Source: Candidatus Latescibacterota bacterium
GTDB taxonomy: Bacteria; Latescibacterota; UBA2968; UBA8231
Length of the DNA: 64,000 bases
Assembly (NCBI GenBank): GCA_965215195.1
Contig: CBDCDC010000002.1
Coordinates: forward strand, 2,144,001-2,208,000
Reading direction: 5' to 3'
This document shows positions 30,103 through 38,861 of this stretch, in pieces (position 1 is the stretch's first letter; every line of letters begins with the position of its first letter). Both the position numbers and the translations under genes were made by a program. The notes beneath the pieces are model-generated. The model was given only the letters and a program-made list of their open reading frames with translations. It was not told the DNA's origin and did not search any database.

Positions 30103-32563
30103 AGACCAAGCGGCTCTCTTCCCTCAGAGAATCCGGCCAATGCATACGAGACAAGCCATTATCCGTTTCTTCATATACAATGGCTTGTGGCACTTCTTTG
30201 GCCGCAGTGTTTGAGCATACGATGTGAAAGCAGTCCAAATGACCAAAGAAAAAGTCAAAATAGGGCTCGCTATTCTCCAAGACCGTATGGCGCAACGCCT
30301 CACTTTGCACATTGGCCTCCGTTAGTGCTGGCGTACCAGTGCTGATACCGTGAAATTCCACGGGAATCCATCCGAGATCTGAGATGAAAATCTCAGCCCA
30401 TGTGTGCCCAAATACCACTTCATTATACATTCGGTTCTCGTATATACTCGGCCCCAGCGGATTGACCGCTATGGCTCCGGTCTGCTCACGGGCGGGTATT
30501 TTTTGCAGGCGACAAAGGGCAATAAAAGCACGAGCCAACGTAATACAATGTCCGCCGTCGTCCGTCAGTGCTTTTAGGGTGCTACACCGATAGCATTGGC
30601 AGCTATCTTTGGTTTTCTTGAAATGCTTGTTTCTGGCTAAATAGTAGTATAACGAACGAGCTTTTTCTACGTCGCTCGATCCTCGGTCTATGCCCGCATC
30701 CTCCCAACAACGGCGGACGAGTGAGTGTTCTACCAAGGATTCATCGACGGTAGTATAGCACTCGAATTGTTCGGGTGTGAGCACCTCTGTTGCTCGACCC
30801 ATCGCTCTCGCATAAACCGTCAATTCGCACACATAAGAAAACGTATATGCCTCATCGGAGCTAAAATCACAAACCGCAGGATAGCCATAGAAAAAACCCG
30901 CGTGTGGCAAAAAATAGCTCTGTATTTCCGCCGGGCTGCAAGACAGCAGCTTTATATCCTTCTGAAAGTCAGTGGATGTTGGGTACGGCAGAAATATCCG
31001 CGCATGGTGTGTTGTATCCTCGGCCGCAGACAGAGTGAAGGTATAAGTCAGCCGCAATCGCTGGCTTTCCGTAGCGGGACGAAGCGCACCATTTTTTTTA
31101 TTAATGAAGAACGAACGCATTTCCTCACGCGCCTCGTAATCACACTCAAAAAAGCGAGCGTCGTTGTCGTACAGCCAGTTCCACGAATCGAAACGATCGT
31201 ACCAGATGCCGTCTTGTCTCACTTCATGCGGCATCTGGTGCTTTCGCCCGTTTTCAAGCATCTCTTCAACCTGCTCGTCGCTGAGCACCGTACTCAACGA
31301 CAACTGCCGGGCAAAATCGCGGTGGCTCATCTCGTACTGCGGATCGAGCTGGTCTTCTTCAGCGCGATTCATCCAGTACCCATCAACTATATCCGCGACG
31401 CGATTCGCGCCCTGCCATTCCCGTATATCACCGGCGAAGGCGCGGCATCGTCTGGAGAACATCGCATAGTGATTTAGCAGTCCCTCGACACTTTGCACGA
31501 GAGACGTCGATCGGGTGAAGTCTCGGTAGCTCAACTTGAGACCCAGTCCCAAGGCTTGCAGGCGGTCGATGAAATGCTCTTGCGTACCATTCGTGGGCAG
31601 CCCGATAAGCGGTATACCCTTGAACAGAGCTTGGTAAAAGAAATCGTGATCTCCGCCGCCGGCAAAGACGGCCGCTTGGGAGGCGGCCTGCGGCAAAAAA
31701 TTAGGATCGACGAGCTCGCCGCACTCTATTAGGTCAATACGCACTCCAACAGGTGGAACCACCCACTGCCGAATCCCTTTCATCCCCAGCTTTTGCAGGG
31801 CCTCTTGAATGGAAGGCCAATCGGCTCCCAGCGTTCTGAGATCCCAGTACACCCCCTCCCGCTCCACCTCGCCTTGCGCCTCTGCATCAAGCCCCTCAAG
31901 CAGCGGTCCGACAAAGGAGTAGTTGGCAGGCATCTCCGGTCTCAGTGGATGAACCGCTGGAATATCGCAGAGCAGATACATCTCCCCAAATGTCGTCCCA
32001 CAAGTCCATTCTCGATGGGTGGTGCGTTCGATTATGTCATCCCAAGTACGCACAAGCTCAGGTGTGTGAATCGGGTAGGAGTATTCGGGCATAGTATAGG
32101 CCGATTTTATCCAAACCACATCAACCCCTTCCAACGCCGCCGTTAAGCACATCGTGGGACGGGAATCTACGATAGCGAGGTCGGGCTTCAAGCGGCCAAC
32201 CAGCGCCCGCTCGGCTTCCACGCTCTGATGGATCAACGAGTCGCAGTCCGCCTCATTCGTGCCAAAATCCAGTACTGCTCCCAAGTCTTGTATCGGCGTG
32301 GCGAGGTCGTGCAGTGGGAACTCCGCTTGCCGGACTGGGTCCGCAAACGAACCCGTGCCCGCAAACTCAACTGTGTATCCTCGACGGCGGAGCGTCGTAC
32401 CCACCACCAAAGCACGATGCACAGAAGCACCATCAAAGCCGTGAAAGAAGATCAGTATTGAAACTCGGTTTCGATCAAGCCGGTGCGAGCGTTCCTTTTC
32501 CTCAAGACGTCTGATGACCTTGAAGAGTCCGGCTACGGTCCGCTGTCGTATTGCGTTGAACAT
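30089..32563 (-). CDS. Fusion: N-terminal GT-B (GT1/GT28-like) glycosyltransferase-like domain plus C-terminal transglutaminase-like domain
   Basis: N: HRAL...RRRGYTVEFAG, KPDLAIVD, FVGPL, ALFKGIPLIGLP...Q; C: GHCITLARAFIALCR..KIPAR, HTWAEIFI..LGWIPVE. Confidence 0.75.
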   Translation of the reverse strand: MFNAIRQRTVAGLFKVIRRLEEKERSHRLDRNRVSILIFFHGFDGASVHRALVVGTTLRRRGYTVEFAGTGSFADPVRQAEFPLHDLATPIQDLGAVLDFGTNEADCDSLIHQSVEAERALVGRLKPDLAIVDSRPTMCLTAALEGVDVVWIKSAYTMPEYSYPIHTPELVRTWDDIIERTTHREWTCGTTFGEMYLLCDIPAVHPLRPEMPANYSFVGPLLEGLDAEAQGEVEREGVYWDLRTLGADWPSIQEALQKLGMKGIRQWVVPPVGVRIDLIECGELVDPNFLPQAASQAAVFAGGGDHDFFYQALFKGIPLIGLPTNGTQEHFIDRLQALGLGLKLSYRDFTRSTSLVQSVEGLLNHYAMFSRRCRAFAGDIREWQGANRVADIVDGYWMNRAEEDQLDPQYEMSHRDFARQLSLSTVLSDEQVEEMLENGRKHQMPHEVRQDGIWYDRFDSWNWLYDNDARFFECDYEAREEMRSFFINKKNGALRPATESQRLRLTYTFTLSAAEDTTHHARIFLPYPTSTDFQKDIKLLSCSPAEIQSYFLPHAGFFYGYPAVCDFSSDEAYTFSYVCELTVYARAMGRATEVLTPEQFECYTTVDESLVEHSLVRRCWEDAGIDRGSSDVEKARSLYYYLARNKHFKKTKDSCQCYRCSTLKALTDDGGHCITLARAFIALCRLQKIPAREQTGAIAVNPLGPSIYENRMYNEVVFGHTWAEIFISDLGWIPVEFHGISTGTPALTEANVQSEALRHTVLENSEPYFDFFFGHLDCFHIVCSNTAAKEVPQAIVYEETDNGLSRMHWPDSLREESRLVFECI

Positions 32564-32574
32564 CGTCCCCTCCT

Positions 32575-33780
32575 TTATATTCGGCCGCTCGTCCGCAGCA
32601 GCTCTTCTACGAACTCAACCTTGTCGTCTAGCTGAAGTTCGCGGTATAGTTCCAAGGCTTGCCGCCACTGAAGTACGGCATCAAAAGGAGCCTGATTCGA
32701 CGCATAGACCCGCCCCAAGCGAACTCTAACGTCGGCTACGGCCTCCAAGTCCGATACCTTCACAAACAATTGCACCGCCTGCCGATACGCTTCCTCGGCC
32801 GCCTTAAGGTTTTCAACGTCCATATAGTTATCGCCCAAAAGAGTCGCTTGTGCCGCCCGGCCTCTGTTGTCTCCAATCGCGTCAAACAGTTCTCTAGCCT
32901 GCTGGAACAACGCCGTGGCTTCTCGCGGGTCGCCTTTCTCTCGCAACACTTGCCCAAGACCGCTCACGGTGCGAGCCTCAAACTGTTTATTGCCTAATTT
33001 TCGTTGAATGGCCAGCGTCCGACAGTACATGGCTTCCGCCTCATCAAACTGACCCATCTGTCTATATACGCCGCCCAAGACGCTGTAATGATGAGCCAAT
33101 CCCTCGTCGCGCTGGAGCCGCTCCTCAATCGCAAGGCCTTTTTTGAGGATGGCTTCGGCGTCGGCTAAACGCTGCTGTCCAAGATAGACCATACCCAAGC
33201 CCTGATAATGGCCGGAAACACCTGGTAGATCGTCGAGTTCTTGACACACTTTTAGTCCCTGCTGGAAGTAGGCTTCGGCCTCTTCCGGTTTGTTCTGCTG
33301 GAGCGCCAACCGTCCCAAGTTGCCGCATTCTTCCGCCCAATAGGCCCTATTGCCCAACGCCTCGTGAAGTTGCTGAGCGCGGGTGTGCAGTTCTCGTGCC
33401 TCGGCGATTTTTCCTTGCAGATGAGCGACAAAGCCTCTGTTGCTATAGCTGACAGCCAGACGCTCCTCATCGCGGCGTTCATTATTGATCGCAAAGGCTT
33501 TATTGAGATAGTCAACCGCCTCGTCCATCCGTCCCATGACTTGGTACATCAGTCCCAAGCCGCTACACGCATCGGCTTCTAGCTCGTCATCTTGCCACTG
33601 CCGTCCCTTTTTAAGGACTCTTTTATACAGGGCTTCGGCTCTGTCGAGTTTCCCTTGTTCCTTGTAATAGCGCCCTAACAGGAGACAAGCCCTCACTTGG
33701 AGGCGCATATTGCGGTCTTGTACGGCCCACGCCCGCTGGATCGCAACGTCGCATTCGGGAATTAACGGAATGATTTCCAT
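32575..33780 (-). CDS. Tetratricopeptide-repeat protein
   Basis: About 9 repeats of roughly 40 aa, pattern LG..Y...G....A...Y..AL. Confidence 0.9.
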   Translation of the reverse strand: MEIIPLIPECDVAIQRAWAVQDRNMRLQVRACLLLGRYYKEQGKLDRAEALYKRVLKKGRQWQDDELEADACSGLGLMYQVMGRMDEAVDYLNKAFAINNERRDEERLAVSYSNRGFVAHLQGKIAEARELHTRAQQLHEALGNRAYWAEECGNLGRLALQQNKPEEAEAYFQQGLKVCQELDDLPGVSGHYQGLGMVYLGQQRLADAEAILKKGLAIEERLQRDEGLAHHYSVLGGVYRQMGQFDEAEAMYCRTLAIQRKLGNKQFEARTVSGLGQVLREKGDPREATALFQQARELFDAIGDNRGRAAQATLLGDNYMDVENLKAAEEAYRQAVQLFVKVSDLEAVADVRVRLGRVYASNQAPFDAVLQWRQALELYRELQLDDKVEFVEELLRTSGRI

Positions 33781-34090
33781 ACCTCGCAGTTCCCTCCTCG
33801 GTTACAGCTTTTGCACGGCTTCCCATACCGGCGGCATCCCGCGCGCAAAAGAAGCGATGGTTCCCTCCTCGCTGATCACGTAAAATTGCGGTACGCCCCC
33901 GATCTGATAGGCTTGGGCAACCGCACCGGCCGAATCGACCAAAACGGGTATGGCCAAGTCGTGGGTTTCGACGATTTGCTGCACTTGGCCTTTCGTGCCT
34001 TGGCTGACTAGTGTCTTTTGACAACTAAAGTTATGGATGCGATATTCATGTCGAATCTCCAGCGCGAACTGATACCTGAGGAGTCTAGAT

Positions 34091-34531
34091 ATGAAGAAAT
34101 ATATCGTGCGTCTCCCCGACGAAGCGCGTCAGCAGTTAGAAGCTCTGGTCAGCACAGGTCACGCCCCAGCCTACAAGATCAAACACGCGAATATACTTTT
34201 GAAAGCCGATGCAGCAGGGCCCTGCTGGACAGATAGGGCTATTGCGGAAGCATTCGCCTGCCATAGAGTCACCGTCGAAAACGTTCGGAAACGTTTTGTA
34301 GAGCACGGGATGCAGGCGGCCTTAGAACGTAAAAAGCGCGTACAGCCGCCCCGCGAGAAGATTCTGGATGGAGCCGGTGAAGCCCGTTTGATCGCGCTGG
34401 CTTGTAGCCATCCCCCCGAAGGACGCAACCGCTGGACATTGGAGTTACTGGCCGACACGTTGGTCGAACTCAACGTGGTGGACTCCATTTCGTATCGCAC
34501 GGTGGGACGGACGCTAAAAAAAACGAATTGA
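34091..34531 (+). CDS. IS630 transposase OrfA (HTH)
   Basis: ILLKAD, VENVRKRFVEHG, LIALACS.PPEGRNRWTL.LLAD; ends at an A8 slippery run (34516-34523). Confidence 0.85.
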   Translation: MKKYIVRLPDEARQQLEALVSTGHAPAYKIKHANILLKADAAGPCWTDRAIAEAFACHRVTVENVRKRFVEHGMQAALERKKRVQPPREKILDGAGEARLIALACSHPPEGRNRWTLELLADTLVELNVVDSISYRTVGRTLKKTN

Positions 34532-35214
34532 AGCCGCATCTGCGTACCTGTTGGGTGATTCCACCTGAACAAAATGCAGCCTTTGTAGCCTGCATGGAAG
34601 ATGTTCTGGATCTGTATCATCGGCCCTACGATCCGAAAAGGCCTTGGGTGTGCATGGATGAGCAGCCCATCCAGTTGATTGGAGAAACCCGTATCCCGCT
34701 GCCCGCACGGCCTGGACACCCCCAACGGTATGATTACGAATACGCGCACAATGGCACAGCGGTCAATTTTCTGTTTACAGACCCCTTGGCCGGTTGGCGC
34801 AAGGTCAATGTGCGCTCACGCAAGACCGCTGTGGACTGGGCTTTTGAAATCAAAGAGCTATTGGAGGTGGATTATCCAGATGCTGAAGTGGTCTTGGTGG
34901 TGTGTGATAATCTCAACACGCACACGATTGCCGCTTTGTATGAAGCGTTTGAACCGGCCCAAGCGCGCCGGTTAGTTAGACGACTTGAGTTGCATTACAC
35001 CCCCAAACATGGCAGTTGGCTCAATATCGCTGAAATTGAGTTGCGCATTTTGTCCCAGCAATGTCTAAATGCGCGCATACCCGATGAAGAGACCTTGAAG
35101 GCGGAAACCCACGCTTGGGAACAGGCACGCAACGAAAACCAGAAAGCCGTGGACTGGCGGTTTACCACCGATGATGCGCGCATTAAACTGAAACGGCTTT
35201 ACCCAAAATTTTAA
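34528..35214 (+). CDS. IS630 transposase OrfB (DDE), fused by -1 frameshift
   Basis: MEDVLDLY, CMDE, YDYEY..NG, DNLNTH, TPKHGSWLNIAEIE, RIKLKRLYP. Confidence 0.88.
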   Translation: MKPHLRTCWVIPPEQNAAFVACMEDVLDLYHRPYDPKRPWVCMDEQPIQLIGETRIPLPARPGHPQRYDYEYAHNGTAVNFLFTDPLAGWRKVNVRSRKTAVDWAFEIKELLEVDYPDAEVVLVVCDNLNTHTIAALYEAFEPAQARRLVRRLELHYTPKHGSWLNIAEIELRILSQQCLNARIPDEETLKAETHAWEQARNENQKAVDWRFTTDDARIKLKRLYPKF

Positions 35215-35548
35215 GTGTCAATAGATACTAGTAGTAAATGGATCTCTTGGGGAAGGTCGTACTCTACCAAGTGGCTTTCTAACTCGTTGCAATACGGGCA
35301 GGTAGGGGTTACAAAGATCAGCCCTACTCGCTGCCCCTTAAAACCGCTGAGTCTGACGGGGTCCCCTTGCACGGAGGGCAATTCAAAATCAGGGGCATCC
35401 GTTCCCTCAGACAGAGGCTCAGAACGCTTTGTATCCCCCTCGCTCCAGACGATCCCCACTGATTCCTCAGACTTCCCCTTAAAAATTAGCGCGAGCAACA
35501 AGACCACGCTGACAAGCCCGGCGATCTTCCAATGCTTTTGATCGGCCA

Positions 35549-36100
35549 TCATTGTGTCCTCTCTTCTTCTATTACTTTTTGCGCGGACTGCACGATGTTC
35601 TCAATCGGAAAGCCTGAACCCCGAACGGCCTCGACGATCCGCTGTTCCCCATCCACCAAAAGCGCGGTCGGGAAATTCGTGATGTTGAGATGCTCCATTG
35701 TCAGCAGCGTATCTACGGCAATGGGAAAGGCCAAGGCGTGTTCGGTGACCTTTTCCATCAATCCTTCCCGCGTGTTGGCAATCATCAAGATGGGAATATC
35801 GGTAGCCGCTTCCCCTATAATGGGGTACATGGTATCACAGGCATCACAACCTAACAGGGTGAAGACCAGCAAGTAAGAAGTACCTTGGTACAGGTAAGTA
35901 GAAATAGAGGCACCGTCTAACTGTTCGAGGTCGTATTCCGGGATGCGTTTCCCTAGCAGGTAGTCTAAGCCGGTAGCCACTGGGGCGATTGGCGGATTGT
36001 TGATTTTTGTCGCCAATAATATGCTAGTCCCCAAGAAGATGCCCAACACTGTTGACAGCAACAGCATCGTCGCTTGCGGTTTCGAGCGCGTAGCTTCCAT
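35549..36100 (-). CDS. Membrane-anchored thioredoxin-fold (TlpA/redoxin) protein, CDAC
   Basis: N-terminal TM; GKRIPEYDL, GCDAC, FPIAVD, NFPTALLVD. Confidence 0.8.
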   Translation of the reverse strand: MEATRSKPQATMLLLSTVLGIFLGTSILLATKINNPPIAPVATGLDYLLGKRIPEYDLEQLDGASISTYLYQGTSYLLVFTLLGCDACDTMYPIIGEAATDIPILMIANTREGLMEKVTEHALAFPIAVDTLLTMEHLNITNFPTALLVDGEQRIVEAVRGSGFPIENIVQSAQKVIEEERTQ

Positions 36101-36118
36101 CGTGTACCTTTCCTTTCC

Positions 36119-37276
36119 CTAAAGCGCATCGAACAACGGCTGAATCCACCGATTGGCCGGCCGGACGATACTGCCGGCCCATATCAGGGTTAGGCTGACG
36201 CCAACCATTAAGGCCGGCGCAAAAGGCAGCGACAGTTCAATCTCTACCTGATCATCCCATTCGCGAAACAACCCCTTCTTTTGTAAGTCTTTTAATTGGC
36301 GCACTTTCCTGATGGTCAACGGCTTTCCCTTTCGGCCTATTCGCTCTCGTGTATCTCTACTCTGCTCGCTGAATGCGACCACTTCGACTCGATCTTTGGC
36401 GGGGGTTTCATAAATCGACTGGTGTAATACCATGCCCGGTTGTAAGGCATCGATAGAGACCGGCTGTACAAACTTCTGGTAGTCGAGAGAATGGATATAC
36501 ACATAGACGTTCCGTATGCCCCACAGCACAGCCCAAAGCACCAGATAGATCAGATAGTTCCCGGTGCTAATGGCGCTAAAGATACCGATTACAAGCCCGG
36601 GAACGATCAAGATGATTTTATTGGGTGCCTTAGTCATATCTTCATGAATCAAATAGAGCACCGCTCCCACCACGATAGCCTCGGCAAGAGTCAACGTCAC
36701 ACCGACTAACGTCGTCCCCCCTAACACCAGTCCGCTCAGGCCGGCCGCCTCAACCCCAGAGCGCAACCAACCCCAACTCATGCCCTTTCTAGGCTCGCTT
36801 GCAGGGGTCTCGATGGATTTTGTGGGTTTATGGATGACCAGAAGGACTAAAAGAAAAACGGTATTGGTCAAAATGGTATTGACCAACAAGGCCCAAATAG
36901 GAGCATTCAGCGAAAAGAAGGCCAAGGAAAACGTCGGCCATTGCCCACCAAACAACGTACTCGGTATGGCCGCGACCATGGCCCAATACAGCTTGGCATC
37001 TCCCGCCCCCCAGAAGCCATACATAAACAACAGGTAGCCGACGACAAATCCCAACAGACAGGATAGACCGATCTGGACGAGTGTAACCTCGCCCAAGACC
37101 CACAATCCCATCTGTCCCATCAACCCAAGACCGAGCAAGATCCAAGTAGCCGAGTTGGGAATCTCTCTATGGCTGATGTCCGTATAGGTGGTGTAGGAGG
37201 CGACCACCATGATCGAGCACAGTAAGGCCCATTCTAACAAGAAGACGGCATTGACCTCATTCAGCAACACATTCAT
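36119..37276 (-). CDS. A24-family prepilin/preflagellin-type aspartic peptidase, long form
   Basis: YTDISHREIPN (Asp1), WGAGDAKL (GxGD Asp2), multiple TMs, soluble C-domain (LQPGMVL) and terminal LPFAPAL. Confidence 0.85.
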   Translation of the reverse strand: MNVLLNEVNAVFLLEWALLCSIMVVASYTTYTDISHREIPNSATWILLGLGLMGQMGLWVLGEVTLVQIGLSCLLGFVVGYLLFMYGFWGAGDAKLYWAMVAAIPSTLFGGQWPTFSLAFFSLNAPIWALLVNTILTNTVFLLVLLVIHKPTKSIETPASEPRKGMSWGWLRSGVEAAGLSGLVLGGTTLVGVTLTLAEAIVVGAVLYLIHEDMTKAPNKIILIVPGLVIGIFSAISTGNYLIYLVLWAVLWGIRNVYVYIHSLDYQKFVQPVSIDALQPGMVLHQSIYETPAKDRVEVVAFSEQSRDTRERIGRKGKPLTIRKVRQLKDLQKKGLFREWDDQVEIELSLPFAPALMVGVSLTLIWAGSIVRPANRWIQPLFDAL

Positions 37277-37289
37277 AGCCCAATACTCC

Positions 37290-37880
37290 TCAAAAGGTGA
37301 TTCCCGTGGACTCTGCTAGCCAAGTTCCGGCTTGGCTCCATTGAGTCACCAAGGCATTCACGGACCGGGTAGCTCCGGTTATTCCATCGATATCTCGGCC
37401 TACGACCAAAGGCTCCGAGAGTGCCCGCCCGCTCAGTTGGGCAAAGAAGGCGGTCGGATCGAAGGGGCCATCGGCCAGTTCCCAAGATTCCAAGGGCAAA
37501 ACAGCCGCAACGCGATCTTCTTTCGGCCCGATGAGGATGCCCGCTAGTAGATCGCGGCAGGTCGCACAGGCAATATCGTGGCGCACGACGACTAGCTTGT
37601 AGGCCAACGCCTCGTCGTTTGTAAGAACGCGATAGGCTGACAATACACCGGAACGCGGCGCGGGTGTGGCCTGATACACTTCTGTTAGGTAGAGAGCGCT
37701 CGCGGTGGAATCGAACTCAGCGAGACGAAGAAGCATGACTTCTTCTGGTGGAATAGACGGCAGGGGCGATTCGGGGCTGAGGCTCTTTTCATAAAGGCCC
37801 ATAAGCAGGATGATCGCAGGTATTAATAGCAGGATTAAACCGGAGTAAATCCAGTATAATGGATGCTTAGGCTGTCCCAT
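37290..37880 (-). CDS. Membrane-anchored FMN-binding (flavinylation-motif) protein with CxxC
   Basis: N-terminal TM; IDGITGATRS matches the D-x-x-[ST]GA[ST] motif; CATC. Confidence 0.75.
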   Translation of the reverse strand: MGQPKHPLYWIYSGLILLLIPAIILLMGLYEKSLSPESPLPSIPPEEVMLLRLAEFDSTASALYLTEVYQATPAPRSGVLSAYRVLTNDEALAYKLVVVRHDIACATCRDLLAGILIGPKEDRVAAVLPLESWELADGPFDPTAFFAQLSGRALSEPLVVGRDIDGITGATRSVNALVTQWSQAGTWLAESTGITF

Positions 37881-37926
37881 GCCGTCTTATCCTCGTTCGA
37901 GTCAAATAGCTTAAAAGAATGTCCTC

Positions 37927-38748
37927 TTACGGCAGCTTCGTCGTCTTTTTCGCTTCCACCCGCCCATCAATTTCGACCTGATAGACATACACCCCGGCGG
38001 CCACCGCATTGCCCACCTCGTCGCGGCCATCCCACACGAACCGATGACTCCCCGCCCGCAGCGACCCGTCCCACACCTGCCGCACCCGACGACCCAACAC
38101 GTCGTACAGAGCCAAGTGGACCCGATCTTCGTCGTTAGCGAGATCGAGGGGAATGACCATTGTGGGATTGAACGGATTGGGATAGGCATTGCCCAGCCGA
38201 TGCTGCGCCGGCCGCGCTGCCGCCGACATCTGCACCGCCGTCGCAGTCGGTTGCTCCGCTTCCGAACAGGGCGTGGACGAGCACTCGCAATCTAACCCAG
38301 CAATGTCGTCATCCACGTTATAGTACGTGGTGCAGTACCGGTATGGCGTGGTCGAGTTTCTCTCCGCGCACCCGTCGTGGTAGCGACACTCCGTCTTTGG
38401 GGGGGTGAGGCAAGGGGCGGTCGGCTGCTCAGCCTCCGAACAGGGGATGGAGGAGTACCAGCAATCTCCGGTTATGTAGAGGTTACACTGCAAGTCCAAG
38501 CCATAGGTGCAGTAGCGGTATTGCTCGGTCGAATCCGCCGGGGCCCTATCGAAGCAGGGGTGGGGGCTGGAACTGGAGCTACAGCCGATCCAAGTAGTAG
38601 TCCCACACCGCACCCTGTCGTCGTCGTCGGATTCCCTAGCACTGGCGAGGATCGCAAGCCCCGCAAGGGCGATGATAACCCACCCCAATCCCTGCCGAGC
38701 CGGGGCCAAGCCGCTGGATGAGCCGATAAATTCACGCAAACTGTTCAT
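37927..38748 (-). CDS. Cys-rich secreted protein with conserved leader and FlgD-CTD
   Basis: 273 aa; MNSLREFIGSSSGLAPARQG; 14 Cys; two modules ending PCSEAEQPTA. Confidence 0.85.
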   Translation of the reverse strand: MNSLREFIGSSSGLAPARQGLGWVIIALAGLAILASARESDDDDRVRCGTTTWIGCSSSSSPHPCFDRAPADSTEQYRYCTYGLDLQCNLYITGDCWYSSIPCSEAEQPTAPCLTPPKTECRYHDGCAERNSTTPYRYCTTYYNVDDDIAGLDCECSSTPCSEAEQPTATAVQMSAAARPAQHRLGNAYPNPFNPTMVIPLDLANDEDRVHLALYDVLGRRVRQVWDGSLRAGSHRFVWDGRDEVGNAVAAGVYVYQVEIDGRVEAKKTTKLP

Positions 38749-38861
38749 AGTTTACCTCTCCTTAGTTGCTCAGTACATCCGCGGCCGTGCCACTACGGTA
38801 CTCGAAGTGAGGATTGAGCAGTAGCCGACACTATCTCACGAAATGAATTCATCCCCATCCC

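Larger units (their letters stand above)
34011..35228 (+). mobile_element. IS630-family insertion sequence
   Basis: Imperfect TIRs GTGTCTTTTGACA / TGTCAATAGATAC; TA duplication (34009-10, 35229-30) at a CTAG target. Confidence 0.92.
33802..35552 (-). pseudogene. TlpA/AhpC-TSA thioredoxin-fold protein (CPYC) interrupted by IS630
   Basis: 5' part 35552-35229 (TM, APDFEL, PTCPYC); removing the IS and one TA restores frame HLLLVSQGTKGQVQQIVETHDLAIPVLVD...GVPQFYVI through 33802. Confidence 0.9.
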
